A stretch of DNA of 64,000 nt from positions 3,424,001 through 3,488,000 of the forward strand of contig OZ245002.1 in the NCBI GenBank assembly GCA_965223415.1, in the 5' to 3' direction. The notes beneath the pieces were generated by a model, which saw only the letters and a program-made list of their open reading frames with translations, ran no database searches and was not told the DNA's origin. The DNA is from Myxococcota bacterium (GTDB lineage: Bacteria; Myxococcota_A; UBA9160; UBA6930). The position numbers and the translations under genes are program-made. Each line of letters begins with the position of its first letter. The stretch's first letter is position 1. Of the stretch, positions 9,739 to 19,293 are shown piece after piece.

Positions 9739-10797
9739 TTAGCCCCGCAGCTCCGCCGCTGCGCGGCCCGTCGCCATCGGCAGGTCGAGGTAGCTGCGGA
9801 TGCCCGGCTCCGCGCGGCACGCGTCGGGGATCGCGTTTACGCAGTGCATCGCCGTGGCGATGATCCCGTTGTTCGGGTCGATCTGCTGCAGGTTCGGCGG
9901 GTGCAGGCCGTGGAAGGTGGTCTGGATGGAGGGCGTGCCCTCGATCTCGACCTCGAAGCGCTCGCCTTCCGGACCGAAGGTCCAGGCCGGCTCCAGGTTC
10001 TCCTGGCCCATGAACCAGTTGGTCCGCACGGTGACGGCGGGCTCGCCTCGCACGGTGCCGATCCAGCCGAACTTCTGGGCGGCGATCGTGCCGGTCTCCA
10101 TCGTGCCGACCGGCGTCTCGATCGGCTTCGTGGCGATGGCGATCTCGTGCTCCGTCTGCACCTCCTCGTCGAGAGCCATGCCGAGCGCCTTGGCCACCAT
10201 CTGGATCGACTGCTTGAAGCCGTGGCCCAGCACGCCGACCATCGGGCTCTTCGCCACGTCCTCCGGCGACTTCCCGAACATCATCATCTCCTTCACCACG
10301 AACTCGGTCTGGTAGGTGCGGATGTCCGAGAACTCCTCCGCCCGCACGTGGGTGACGTCGCGGCTCATGGCAGAGATCATCAGCGGGAAGCGCTCGGTGA
10401 TGCCGCCCGGGTGGATGCCCGTGCCGTGCAGCGTGGCACCGCCCGTCCGGCACGCGGCCTCGAGTGCGGCGGTGCCGTCCGACTCCGCCGGGAAGAACCA
10501 GTCGAGGGGCGTGACCACGTTCTTGCCCGACTCGAGCAGGCGGATCACCTCGTCGGGCTTTGCCATCACTGGGCTGTAGAGCACGCAGTCCGCATCCAGG
10601 GCGACCAGCGCGTCGACGTCGTTCGTGGCCGCGACGCCGCAGGGCGGGAGGCCGCAGATCTCCGCCGCGTCGCGCCCCACCTTCGCCTCGCGGCTGACCC
10701 AGCAGCCGACCAGCTCGAGCTCCGGGTGCGCGAGCACCCCTTCGATGCCCTGACGCCCCACGTTGCCCGTCGCCCATTGGATCACGCGATAGCTCAT
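9739..10797 (-). CDS. Dihydrodipicolinate reductase-like / 2,4-diaminopentanoate dehydrogenase-family NAD(P)-dependent oxidoreductase
   Basis: YRVIQWATGNVG, LLESGKNVVT, TLHGTGIHPG, TAMHCVNAIP..C.AEPGI; SD GAGGAGG. Confidence 0.85.
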   Translation of the reverse strand: MSYRVIQWATGNVGRQGIEGVLAHPELELVGCWVSREAKVGRDAAEICGLPPCGVAATNDVDALVALDADCVLYSPVMAKPDEVIRLLESGKNVVTPLDWFFPAESDGTAALEAACRTGGATLHGTGIHPGGITERFPLMISAMSRDVTHVRAEEFSDIRTYQTEFVVKEMMMFGKSPEDVAKSPMVGVLGHGFKQSIQMVAKALGMALDEEVQTEHEIAIATKPIETPVGTMETGTIAAQKFGWIGTVRGEPAVTVRTNWFMGQENLEPAWTFGPEGERFEVEIEGTPSIQTTFHGLHPPNLQQIDPNNGIIATAMHCVNAIPDACRAEPGIRSYLDLPMATGRAAAELRG

Positions 10798-10862
10798 GGC
10801 ACGGCCTCCTCGTCTGCGGCCCGCCATGATACCCACGGGGCTGCCGCCTATGCTTGCGGGCC

Positions 10863-12689
10863 ATGAGGCCCGAGGCCGTCGCCGAGATCCTCCTGGTGCG
10901 GGCCGTGGAGGAGGAGCATCCCGCAGCGATCGAGCCGGGCCTGCTGGTGGACGCCCTCGAGGCGGCCGGCTCGCCCCGGGAGCCCCGCAGCTGGCTGGCA
11001 CGCCGGGCCGGCTGGCTCTGCGACCACGCCCTCGGGCGCTTCCATCCGCTCCTGGCCATGCCCCGCGCCGGGCTGGTGGCCGGCCCGCTGCTCCTGGTCG
11101 GGGCGTTCGTCGTGGGCGTGCTGACGAACTCCCTCGGGCCGACCGAGCGCATCCACGTCGTCGCGAACCCGATCGCGGTGCTGATCGTGTGGAACCTTGT
11201 GGCCTACGTGGTGCTGGCGATGGGCGGCCTCGGCCGAATCCTCGGGGCGCTCTCCCTGGGCGGAGCACGAACGCCTCGCGAGCGCCGCCGCCGGCGGGCC
11301 CCGGCCGCCCGTCCCTCCTGGCGGGTGCGCCTGGTGCGTCGGGCCGTGCCGGCCTTGTGGCTCTTCCTCCAGCGCGGCCGCTTCGAGGCCCAGGAGCAGG
11401 GCCGCGTCCTTCGCGACGTGGCCCGCGGCTTCTGGCGTCACTGGACTGAACGCGCCACGCCGGTCTTCGAGTGGAGCACCCGCCGCATCCTGCACATGGT
11501 GGCGATCGGCATCGCGGCGGGGGCCGTGGCCGGCACCTTCGTGCGCGGGCTCTTCTTCGACTACCACGTGGTCTGGCGCAGCACCTTCTTGCGCGAGCCC
11601 GAGGGCGCCGCCCGACTGCTCGACGTGGTGCTCGGGCCCGCCGCCTGGGCGACGGGGCAGGCGCTCCCCGGCGCCGAAGGCGTGCGGGCGATGATGGCGG
11701 CGGAAGGCGTGGACGCGGCGCCGTGGATCGTTCTCTACGCGGTGTCGGCGCTGCTGTGGATCGGCGTTCCGCGTGCCGTCCTCGCGCTGCATGCGAGCTG
11801 GCGCCTCGGTCGCCTCGGAGAGGAGATCGACCTGGGGCTCTCGGACGACTACACCCGGGCCTTGCTCGCCTCGGCGCGCACCCGCCAGAAGGGCCAGGTA
11901 GTCGAGCGCATCCAGGACGACGTCGAGCACCAGAGCCACCGCTTCGCCGAACGGGTGGGTCGCCACGTGGCCGAGTCCCTCTACGACGAGCGGGTCGTGC
12001 CGCGGCTGCGCCGCTTTCGCGAGGAGGGCGGGCGGCTGGCGGAGCTCGAGACCGACGTCGAGGAGCTGGCGCGGGACTACCAGCTGGAGATCGAGGAGTT
12101 CCTCGACGAGGCTCGCAGCGAGTTCGAGAGCCAGCTCGCGAAGGCCGTGATGAAGCGCCTCGATCTGGACGGCCCGGTGATTACCTCGCCCGGGGCGCTC
12201 CATGGCGGGGAGGTCGCGGAGCGCAGCGGCGCGACGGCGCGGGACGTGGGCCATCGGGTGGGCCTGCGGCTGACCGACCTCGTGGCCTCCGCCGTCTCCG
12301 CTGGCGTGGCCCTGGCGGTGGGCAGCTTGAGCGGTGGCTTCGGCAAGGTGCTCGGCACGGCCGTCGTCGTGGGCCTGCTCCACACGACCGGCCCGGTTGG
12401 CTTCCTGATCGGCGCCCTGGCCGGCCTGGTCGGCGCCGGCGGCGCCTACTGGCTGGGTCGCGACCGCGCCGCCGGCGCCGTGAAGCGCATCGCGCTGCCG
12501 GGCCTCGCCGTGCGCGGCCTGCTCGGCCAGGCGCGCTTCACCCGCCTCGTCGACGAAGGCCGCGAGACCTGCCGCCGCGCCGTCCGCGACCTCGTGCAGG
12601 AACGCCTCGACTCCCTCGCTCCGGAGATCGCCGAACGCATCTGGACCGACGTCAAACCCCTCGTCGGCGAACAGGCCCGCCCCGTCTGA
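10863..12689 (+). CDS. DUF2868-like membrane protein with helical/coiled-coil C-terminal region
   Basis: TM segments; RGLFFDYHVVWRSTFL and APWIVLYA..LLWIGVPR resemble DUF2868 signature. Confidence 0.6.
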   Translation: MRPEAVAEILLVRAVEEEHPAAIEPGLLVDALEAAGSPREPRSWLARRAGWLCDHALGRFHPLLAMPRAGLVAGPLLLVGAFVVGVLTNSLGPTERIHVVANPIAVLIVWNLVAYVVLAMGGLGRILGALSLGGARTPRERRRRRAPAARPSWRVRLVRRAVPALWLFLQRGRFEAQEQGRVLRDVARGFWRHWTERATPVFEWSTRRILHMVAIGIAAGAVAGTFVRGLFFDYHVVWRSTFLREPEGAARLLDVVLGPAAWATGQALPGAEGVRAMMAAEGVDAAPWIVLYAVSALLWIGVPRAVLALHASWRLGRLGEEIDLGLSDDYTRALLASARTRQKGQVVERIQDDVEHQSHRFAERVGRHVAESLYDERVVPRLRRFREEGGRLAELETDVEELARDYQLEIEEFLDEARSEFESQLAKAVMKRLDLDGPVITSPGALHGGEVAERSGATARDVGHRVGLRLTDLVASAVSAGVALAVGSLSGGFGKVLGTAVVVGLLHTTGPVGFLIGALAGLVGAGGAYWLGRDRAAGAVKRIALPGLAVRGLLGQARFTRLVDEGRETCRRAVRDLVQERLDSLAPEIAERIWTDVKPLVGEQARPV

Positions 12690-12696
12690 ATGAAGA

Positions 12697-12766
12697 AGCG
12701 GGGCCAGAGTTAAGAATTCAGTTACGCCCCTTGGGGCGTAACTGAATTCTTAACTCTGGCCCCGCT
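12697..12766. repeat. Perfect 70-bp palindrome (34-bp arms, TT loop), REP/MITE-like
   Basis: AGCGGGGCCAGAGTTAAGAATTCAGTTACGCCCC-TT-exact reverse complement; AT-richer than flanks; between convergent genes. Confidence 0.95.
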
Positions 12767-12768
12767 CC

Positions 12769-13671
12769 TCAACTCGGGAGGGGGCGGAGGGGGAGGCGGG
12801 GGCCGCGGCGGGGGGCGTGCTTGCCGGCCGCATGGAGCCAGCGGACGACGCGGCCGCGCTGGCCGCGGAAGGGCTCGAGGAGCTCGAGCATGCGGGCGTC
12901 GTCGGCGCGCTCCTCGCCGGCCAAGCGCCAGGCGACGAGGTGCGGGAGGTTCCAGTCGCCGGTGGGGACCTGGTCCGGGAAGCCCAGGCCGCGGCCCATG
13001 ACCGAGGCGGCCGTCCAGGGGCCGAGGCCCGGGAGCGCCGTGAGGCGCGCGAAGGCGGGGTCTTCGTCCATCTCGCCAGCCTCCTCGAGGCGCGCGGCGT
13101 GGGCGCCCACCCGTCGCAGGGTCTCGCCCTGGCGCGCCAGGATGCCGAGGGCCGGGAAGACGGCCGGGGGGAGCCCCCGGAGGGTTTCCGCGGCCAGGGG
13201 TAGCCGCAGCTCGGGGAAGGGGCCCGGCGCCGGCTCGCCGAAGCGGCCGATCAGGTTCCGGAACGCCCGCTTCGCCTCCTTTCCCGAGACCTTCTGCTGC
13301 AGCACCGCCGGCACCAGCAGCTCGACGACCCGGTGCCCCTTCGCGAAGCGGATGCCCGGCCGGTGCCGCGCCAGGCGGCGGATCGGCTCCGGGAACGCGT
13401 CCGGCGGCGGCAGCTCGTCGCCGAGACCGAGCAGGTCCGGTGCCTGCTCGAGCAGCCAGGCCCCACCCGGGCCCCAGGCCCGGCACGCGAGGGTCGCGTC
13501 GCCCTCCCGCATCACGAGGAGCGTCCCCGGGCCCTCCGGCGTGCGGGTCGCGCGGGCCACGCCGGCGGGGCCGATCGCGGTGGTCGGGTCGCCGCGGCCG
13601 GCCGTCATCGGGCCGAGCGTGTTCGCGAAGTCGATCTCGCCGGCCAGCGCCAGGCGTCGCGTCTCGGGAAT
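12769..13671 (-). CDS. AlkA-like HhH-GPD DNA glycosylase (probable ATT start at 13671; first ATG at 13608)
   Basis: RATRTPEGPGTL, AVLQQKV, HhH LPGLGPWTA, catalytic-region PTGD, RMLELLEPF. Confidence 0.85.
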   Translation of the reverse strand: MPETRRLALAGEIDFANTLGPMTAGRGDPTTAIGPAGVARATRTPEGPGTLLVMREGDATLACRAWGPGGAWLLEQAPDLLGLGDELPPPDAFPEPIRRLARHRPGIRFAKGHRVVELLVPAVLQQKVSGKEAKRAFRNLIGRFGEPAPGPFPELRLPLAAETLRGLPPAVFPALGILARQGETLRRVGAHAARLEEAGEMDEDPAFARLTALPGLGPWTAASVMGRGLGFPDQVPTGDWNLPHLVAWRLAGEERADDARMLELLEPFRGQRGRVVRWLHAAGKHAPRRGPRLPLRPLPS

Positions 13672-13703
13672 CGGAAACCTCCGCGGGCGTCACCGCCCCG
13701 TGG

Positions 13704-15356
13704 TCAGAAGCGGCTCGCGGTGAGCTCCACGTCGGCTCGCGCCCAGGCCTCCCGGAACGCCGCCTGGGCGTCGTCCGACGCCGGATCGCCCTGGGCGGCC
13801 AGGCTCTCGGCCAGGCCGAAACGCGACCATCCGTTGGCCGGGAACTGCTCCAGGTCCTCCCGGTAGACCGCCGCCGCTTCGGCGGCGCGTCCCGCTCCCA
13901 GGAGCACCGCGCCCAGGGCCTGGCGCGTCGGGAAGTACCAGGGCGGCGGCTCCATGTAGACGAGATCGTCCTGCCGACCGATGGCGCTCTCGAGGGCGGC
14001 GACCGCCTCGTCGGTGCGTCCGGCGGCGACGGCGATCTCGCCCTGCAGGTGGTCCACACCGATTTCGAGCAGCGCCCGGGCCGAGGAGGTGCCGCCGGCC
14101 AGGATCAGGCTCTCGCTCTCCGGCTGGGCGGCGCGGGTTCGCAGCAGCGCGAGCTCCGCCCCGGCGGCGTCCAGATCCCCCGTGCGAACCCGGGCGAGGC
14201 CGCGCACGTAGTGCCAGATGCCGGTCATGTAGACGTCCTCCTCCCCCGGCCGGGGCTCGCCCAGGATCGCGTCCCAACGCCCGAAACGGGCGAGGGTGAG
14301 CATCGGGATCGCCATGAACTCCTGCATGAAGTCGAACTCGGCGCGGGCCGGGGCGGTCTTGGCCGCGAGCTTGCGCGCGGAACTGAGCGCGATCTGGCTG
14401 CGGCCCTCCGCGGCCGCTGCGGCCCACAGGAAGTGGATGTTATGCGGATAGTAGGCGGCGCGATAGAAGGCGCCCGGGCTGCACACCGCGAAGAAGGCCT
14501 CGTCCGCCTCGGCGGCGCGCTGGTTGATCTCGAGCGCGTCCTCGTAACGGCCGACCCGCCAGTAGATGTGCGAGGGCATGTGCACGAGGTGCCCGGCGTC
14601 CGGCGCGAGGGGGGCCAGCCGGTCCGCCGCCGCCTCCGCCCGGTGCGGGTGGTACTCCTCCACCGCGTGGATCAGGTAGTGGTTCGCGCCCAGGTGCTCC
14701 GGCTCCCGCGCGAGCACCTCCTCGAGCAGGCGCAGGACCAGGCGGGTGTCGTCCCGGGGCTCGTCCGCGCCGACCCAGTAGCTCCAGGGCATCAGGTCCA
14801 TCAGCGCCTCGGCGTAGAGGGTGGCGGCGTCGGTGTCCGCGGGATGGCGCTCGTGCACGCCGCGCATGGCGTCGGCGTAGGCCCGGTCGAGGGCGTGGCG
14901 ATCTTCCGGCGGCTCCTCCGCGTAGCGCGTGGCCAGGGCGCGGATGTAGTCCTGCTCGACGTCGCTCACGCCCGGCGCCAGCTCGAGAGCGCGCCGGGCC
15001 GCCGCATGGGCCTGCCGACCGGCCTCCGGGCCCATCGGCGCGTTGATGTTGGGCCCGAGCGCGAGACCGACGCCCCAGAAGCACATGGCGCAGGCCGGAT
15101 CGAGCCGGGCCGCCTCCTGGAACGACCGCACCGCCGCCTCGTGGTTGAAGCCGTAGGTCAACGCCAGCCCCTGGTCGAAGTAGGCCTGGGCCTTCGGCGA
15201 CGAGGTGGTGATCGGATGGCGGTGCGCGCCCAGCTCGTCGAGCAGGACCGGCCCCTCGTCCGCGACCTCCGGCGGCGCGCTGGGGGCGCAGGCCTGGGCG
15301 AGGGCGGCGGCCAGCAGGATCGACACGAAGGCGGCGCGGCGGGTTCGATCGGACAT
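13704..15356 (-). CDS. TPR-repeat lipoprotein
   Basis: LAQAC lipobox; AQAYFDQGL..YGFNH.AA.RSF, GANHYLIHAVE, GHLVHMPSHIY, EPPPWY. Confidence 0.9.
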   Translation of the reverse strand: MSDRTRRAAFVSILLAAALAQACAPSAPPEVADEGPVLLDELGAHRHPITTSSPKAQAYFDQGLALTYGFNHEAAVRSFQEAARLDPACAMCFWGVGLALGPNINAPMGPEAGRQAHAAARRALELAPGVSDVEQDYIRALATRYAEEPPEDRHALDRAYADAMRGVHERHPADTDAATLYAEALMDLMPWSYWVGADEPRDDTRLVLRLLEEVLAREPEHLGANHYLIHAVEEYHPHRAEAAADRLAPLAPDAGHLVHMPSHIYWRVGRYEDALEINQRAAEADEAFFAVCSPGAFYRAAYYPHNIHFLWAAAAAEGRSQIALSSARKLAAKTAPARAEFDFMQEFMAIPMLTLARFGRWDAILGEPRPGEEDVYMTGIWHYVRGLARVRTGDLDAAGAELALLRTRAAQPESESLILAGGTSSARALLEIGVDHLQGEIAVAAGRTDEAVAALESAIGRQDDLVYMEPPPWYFPTRQALGAVLLGAGRAAEAAAVYREDLEQFPANGWSRFGLAESLAAQGDPASDDAQAAFREAWARADVELTASRF

Positions 15357-15471
15357 GGATCCCTCCTCGAGCGTTGGGCGACGCCGCAAGCATGCCGGAG
15401 CAGGCCGTCCGGGACAGCCCGGCAGACCTGACCAGATCCTTACCAGAGGGCCGTGGCCCCCGGGGGCTCTC

Positions 15472-16773
15472 TCAGCGAGGCGCTCGGCCGCCGTCCGGCT
15501 CGAGGGCGTCGTTGCGGCAGCCCGGCGGCGCGGTCAGCGGATTGCACCGGGAGGGGGCACCGCCCGGGATCTGCACCTGGTAGCCGGTCCCGAAGGCCGG
15601 GTCGGGCACCGGGTAGTCCGTGCTCACGAAGTGGGCGCCGCTGGCGAGGGCCGCGTCCCGTCGCGTGGTGTCGCCGGTGCGGGCCTGGGCGGTGTCCGCG
15701 TCGGCCCGCGTGCGCACCAGGTAGCCGTCCCGCACGCGATTCTGGATGGCGGCGAAGTCGCCGACCGGGTCGTTCAGCTTCACGAACGCCGCATCCGGGT
15801 CGCCCGGCACGCCGTTGGTGAAGAGCACGCGGCCTTCGAGGCTCGGTCGCCCGGCCCGGTAGTCGTCGCGCTCCGAGCCGCCGTTGTCCATCAGGAACTG
15901 GATGCGCCCGCGTGCCTCGCCGAGGGTGGGCCAGCCGGCGCCGAGCACGCTGGCCTCCAGGGTGGCGCCGGGGCGTCGCACGTCGTCCGGCGTGAGCAGC
16001 TGCTCCGGCGGGAACACGGAGCGAATCTCGGCGTCCAGCTCGTCGAGCTCCGCCCGATCCCACGGCACCGGGATCGCGAAGCCCAGCGGGATCGGGTCCG
16101 GGATCGGGTCGTCCTTCAGCTCGACGAGGACGGCGATCGGCAGGTGCCGTGGGTGCGCATCGGACCAGCCCTTCACCATGAGCAGGCAACCGACGAAGGT
16201 GAGGCAGGTCGTCTCGAAGTCGACGTCCTGTACGTGGAGCACCTTGATGCCGGGCTGGTACATCTCCGGGTCCGGCGACTCGGCCGGTTCGAGCACCGCC
16301 CGTAGGGCGGGTCGGATCGAGTACAGCCCGCCGACCGGGTCGGCGAACACGTCGAGCTCGATCTGCCGCACGCCCTGCTCCTCGAACTGCAGGTCGAGGG
16401 ACCGGTGCGTGTACTCCCAGCCGATGGCCTCGGGGATGAACAGCACGAGCAGGTCGAAGAGCGCCTGGCGCGGCATCACGTGGTAGCTGTTGTGGGTGCC
16501 GAGGGACTGGATCTGGCCCAGATCGAGGCAGGCGTCGGCGTAGCGGGCGGCGAAGCGATCCCGGATGTTCTGCAGGATCGGCACCACCCGGGCGTTGCCG
16601 CCGGGCGCCATGTGGCGGAGCAGGGCGGCCTCGAAGTGGGCGACCTGCCGGGCCTGACGCTGGCAGGCGAGGCTGCGCTCGAAGGGCCCGGTCTCGCCCT
16701 GGGCGAGGGTCGGGACGCCGAGAAGGAGGGACAGCAGGAGGGCAGGGAGCAGGCGCATCGGGAACCTCCGCAT
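15472..16773 (-). CDS. Secreted Ca2+-dependent phosphoinositide phospholipase C-like protein
   Basis: Signal peptide; GTHNSYH, GVRQIELDV, KVLHVQDVD, LVRTRAD, SGAHFVSTDY. Confidence 0.9.
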   Translation of the reverse strand: MRRFPMRLLPALLLSLLLGVPTLAQGETGPFERSLACQRQARQVAHFEAALLRHMAPGGNARVVPILQNIRDRFAARYADACLDLGQIQSLGTHNSYHVMPRQALFDLLVLFIPEAIGWEYTHRSLDLQFEEQGVRQIELDVFADPVGGLYSIRPALRAVLEPAESPDPEMYQPGIKVLHVQDVDFETTCLTFVGCLLMVKGWSDAHPRHLPIAVLVELKDDPIPDPIPLGFAIPVPWDRAELDELDAEIRSVFPPEQLLTPDDVRRPGATLEASVLGAGWPTLGEARGRIQFLMDNGGSERDDYRAGRPSLEGRVLFTNGVPGDPDAAFVKLNDPVGDFAAIQNRVRDGYLVRTRADADTAQARTGDTTRRDAALASGAHFVSTDYPVPDPAFGTGYQVQIPGGAPSRCNPLTAPPGCRNDALEPDGGRAPR

Positions 16774-16806
16774 CGCGCAGGGTAGCCCGATTCCCGGCCC
16801 CGAGGG

Positions 16807-17229
16807 CTACTGGACCCCGAGCAGCTCCACCTCGAAGACCAGGGTGGCGTTCGGGGGAATCGGGCCCGACCCCTGCTCGCCGTAGGCCAGGTGCGGCGGG
16901 CAGGTCAGGCAGACCTTCCCGCCTTCCTTCATGGTCTGGAGCCCCTGGGTCCAGCACGGGATGACGCGGTTCAGCGGGAAGGTCGCCGGGCTGCCGCGGT
17001 TCATGCTGCTGTCGAAGACACGCCCGTCGAGAAACTGGCCGTGGTAGTGGACCCGGACCGTATCCGTGGCCGAGGGCGTGCGCCCGGTTCCCTCGGTCAT
17101 CACCTCGACCTGCATCTCGCTCACCTCGTCTCCGGCGCTGCTGCAGGTCGACGAGGCGGCCGGCGTCTCGCTCGGGGAGCAGGCGATGAGGAGGCCGAAG
17201 AAGGGAAGGGCAAAGATGGCGTGTCGCAT
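16807..17229 (-). CDS. FKBP-type peptidyl-prolyl isomerase (lipoprotein)
   Basis: LIAC lipobox; VHYHG, FDSS, VIPCWTQGL, LAYG, IPPNATLVFEVELL. Confidence 0.95.
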   Translation of the reverse strand: MRHAIFALPFFGLLIACSPSETPAASSTCSSAGDEVSEMQVEVMTEGTGRTPSATDTVRVHYHGQFLDGRVFDSSMNRGSPATFPLNRVIPCWTQGLQTMKEGGKVCLTCPPHLAYGEQGSGPIPPNATLVFEVELLGVQ

Positions 17230-17240
17230 GGGCGGGGAGT

Positions 17241-18044
17241 CTACCGGGGAATCGTCTGCCCGCCGTTCGCCCGCCAGATCTGTCCCGTGCAGAACCGCGA
17301 CGCATCGGAGGCCAGGAAGAGCACGAGCCAGGCCTGGTCGACGGCCTCGCCCACCCGACCCAGGGGCGAGATCTCGCGCATGCGCGCCAGGAAGGCCTCG
17401 AGCTTCTCCGGGTTCGGGCGACCGTCGGGCTCGCGCAGGTGGCGATCGGTGAAGGCGGTACGGGTCGCGCCGGGCGCGATCACGTTCACGCGGATCCCGG
17501 CGTCGCCCACCTCCGTCGCCAGGGTCTGGCTCAGCTGGGTGACGCCGGCCTTCGCGATCGCGTAGAGGCCGTAGCCGGGGGTCGGCAGGTCGATGGCGCC
17601 GCTGGCCACGTTGACGATGCTGCCGCCGCCGCCCGCGCGCATGTGGGGGACCGCGGCCTGGCAGCCGAAGAGCGTTCCCTTCAGGTGGATGGCGAGCAGA
17701 CGATCCAGCTCCTCCTCGGCGACGTCACACAGCAGGCCGTCGGCCGGCACGCCCGCCACGTTGCAGAGCACGTCCAGGCGGCCCCAGTGGTCGGCGGCCT
17801 CGTCCACGAGCACTTGGACGTCCCCGCGCCGGGAGACGTCGCAGCGCCGGGCCTGTGCCTGGCCGCCCTCCGCGACGATGGCCGCCGCGGTCTCCTGGGC
17901 GCCCGCTTCGTCCACGTCGCCGAGGGACACCGATGCACCGGCCGCCGCCAGCACCTCCGCCGTCGCCCGGCCGATGCCGCTGGCGCCACCGGTCACCACC
18001 GCGGCACGGTCGTCCAGTCGGAAGGCGTCCAGCGGATCGTCCAT
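17241..18044 (-). CDS. Short-chain dehydrogenase/reductase
   Basis: TGGASGIG, NVAG, YAIAK. Confidence 0.92.
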   Translation of the reverse strand: MDDPLDAFRLDDRAAVVTGGASGIGRATAEVLAAAGASVSLGDVDEAGAQETAAAIVAEGGQAQARRCDVSRRGDVQVLVDEAADHWGRLDVLCNVAGVPADGLLCDVAEEELDRLLAIHLKGTLFGCQAAVPHMRAGGGGSIVNVASGAIDLPTPGYGLYAIAKAGVTQLSQTLATEVGDAGIRVNVIAPGATRTAFTDRHLREPDGRPNPEKLEAFLARMREISPLGRVGEAVDQAWLVLFLASDASRFCTGQIWRANGGQTIPR

Positions 18045-18099
18045 GCGCGCCATGCTACTCGTCTGCCTCTGGGCCCGCATCGAAGGAGGCGAGGACGAC

Positions 18100-19293
18100 A
18101 TGGCCGATGTCACCCTGCAGGGAGTCTCCCATCCCCGTTTCGAGCGGGTGCGCGAGCACTTCGTCCAGGGCTTCGAGAACGGAGACGAGCTCGGCGCCTC
18201 CCTGTGCCTCACCCTCGAGGGCGAGACGGTCGTCGACCTCTGGGCCGGCCACGCCGACGCCGCCGGCAGCCGCCCCTGGGAGCGCGAGACCCTCGTGAAC
18301 GTCTACTCGAGCACGAAGGGCGTGGTGGCGCTGGCGGCGCACCAGCTCGTCGACGAGGGGCGGCTCGATCTGGACGCGCCGGTCGCCCACTACTGGTCCG
18401 CGTTCGCGGCCGGCGGCAAGGAGCGGTTGCCGGTGCGCTACCTGCTCTCCCACCAGGCCGGAATGGCCGCCGTGAGGAAGCCCCTCCCGCCGGGCAGCCT
18501 CTTCGACTGGGAGGTCATGACCGGCGCCCTCGCCGAGCAGGAGCCCTGGTGGGAGCCCGGCTCCGCCCACGGCTACCACGCCCTCACCTTCGGCTGGCTC
18601 GTCGGCGAGGTGGTGCGGCGGATCACCGGGCAGCGCATCGGCGACGTCGTGCGCGAACGCATCGCCGGCCCGCTCGGCATCCGCTTCGAGATCGGCTTCG
18701 GCCCGGCGCTCGACCCGCAGGTGGCAGACCTGGTGCAGGGGCCGATTCACCCGCCCGAGGGCGACATCGACTTCGACCTGGTGAAGATGATTACCGAGGA
18801 GCCGGAGGGGCTGTTCGCCAAGGCCTTCGCCAATCCGCCGGTGCTCGGAGAGGAGACGGCCAACTCGCGGCCCTGGCGGGCGGCCGAGATCCCTGGCGCC
18901 AACGGTCACGGCAGTGCCGCCGCGCTGGCCCGCATCTACGGCGCCCTCGCGAACGGCGGCTCCATCGACGGCGTGCGCCTGATCAGCGCCGAGCAGATCG
19001 ATCGGGCCCGCGTCGAGCAGTGCCGCGGCAGCGACGCGGTCCTGCCGATGCCCACCCGCCTCGGCCTGGGCTTCTTCCTCCCGACCGACGAGGAGCCCCT
19101 GGGGCCGAACCCACGGGCCTTCTGTCACGGCGGCGCCGGGGGTTCCCTCGGCTTCGCCGACCCGGAGCACCGCCTCTCGTTGGGCTACGCGATGAACCGC
19201 ATGCACCAGGGCGCCTGGCTCGTCGATCCGCGACCGCGTCGCTTCCTGGCCGATGCCTACGCGGTGCTCGGGAAAGGGGGAACCGATGGCTGA
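18100..19293 (+). CDS. Serine hydrolase, beta-lactamase-fold esterase
   Basis: SSTK, LLSHQAG, WEPG..HGYH, HGGAGGS; SD GGAGG. Confidence 0.92.
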   Translation: MADVTLQGVSHPRFERVREHFVQGFENGDELGASLCLTLEGETVVDLWAGHADAAGSRPWERETLVNVYSSTKGVVALAAHQLVDEGRLDLDAPVAHYWSAFAAGGKERLPVRYLLSHQAGMAAVRKPLPPGSLFDWEVMTGALAEQEPWWEPGSAHGYHALTFGWLVGEVVRRITGQRIGDVVRERIAGPLGIRFEIGFGPALDPQVADLVQGPIHPPEGDIDFDLVKMITEEPEGLFAKAFANPPVLGEETANSRPWRAAEIPGANGHGSAAALARIYGALANGGSIDGVRLISAEQIDRARVEQCRGSDAVLPMPTRLGLGFFLPTDEEPLGPNPRAFCHGGAGGSLGFADPEHRLSLGYAMNRMHQGAWLVDPRPRRFLADAYAVLGKGGTDG

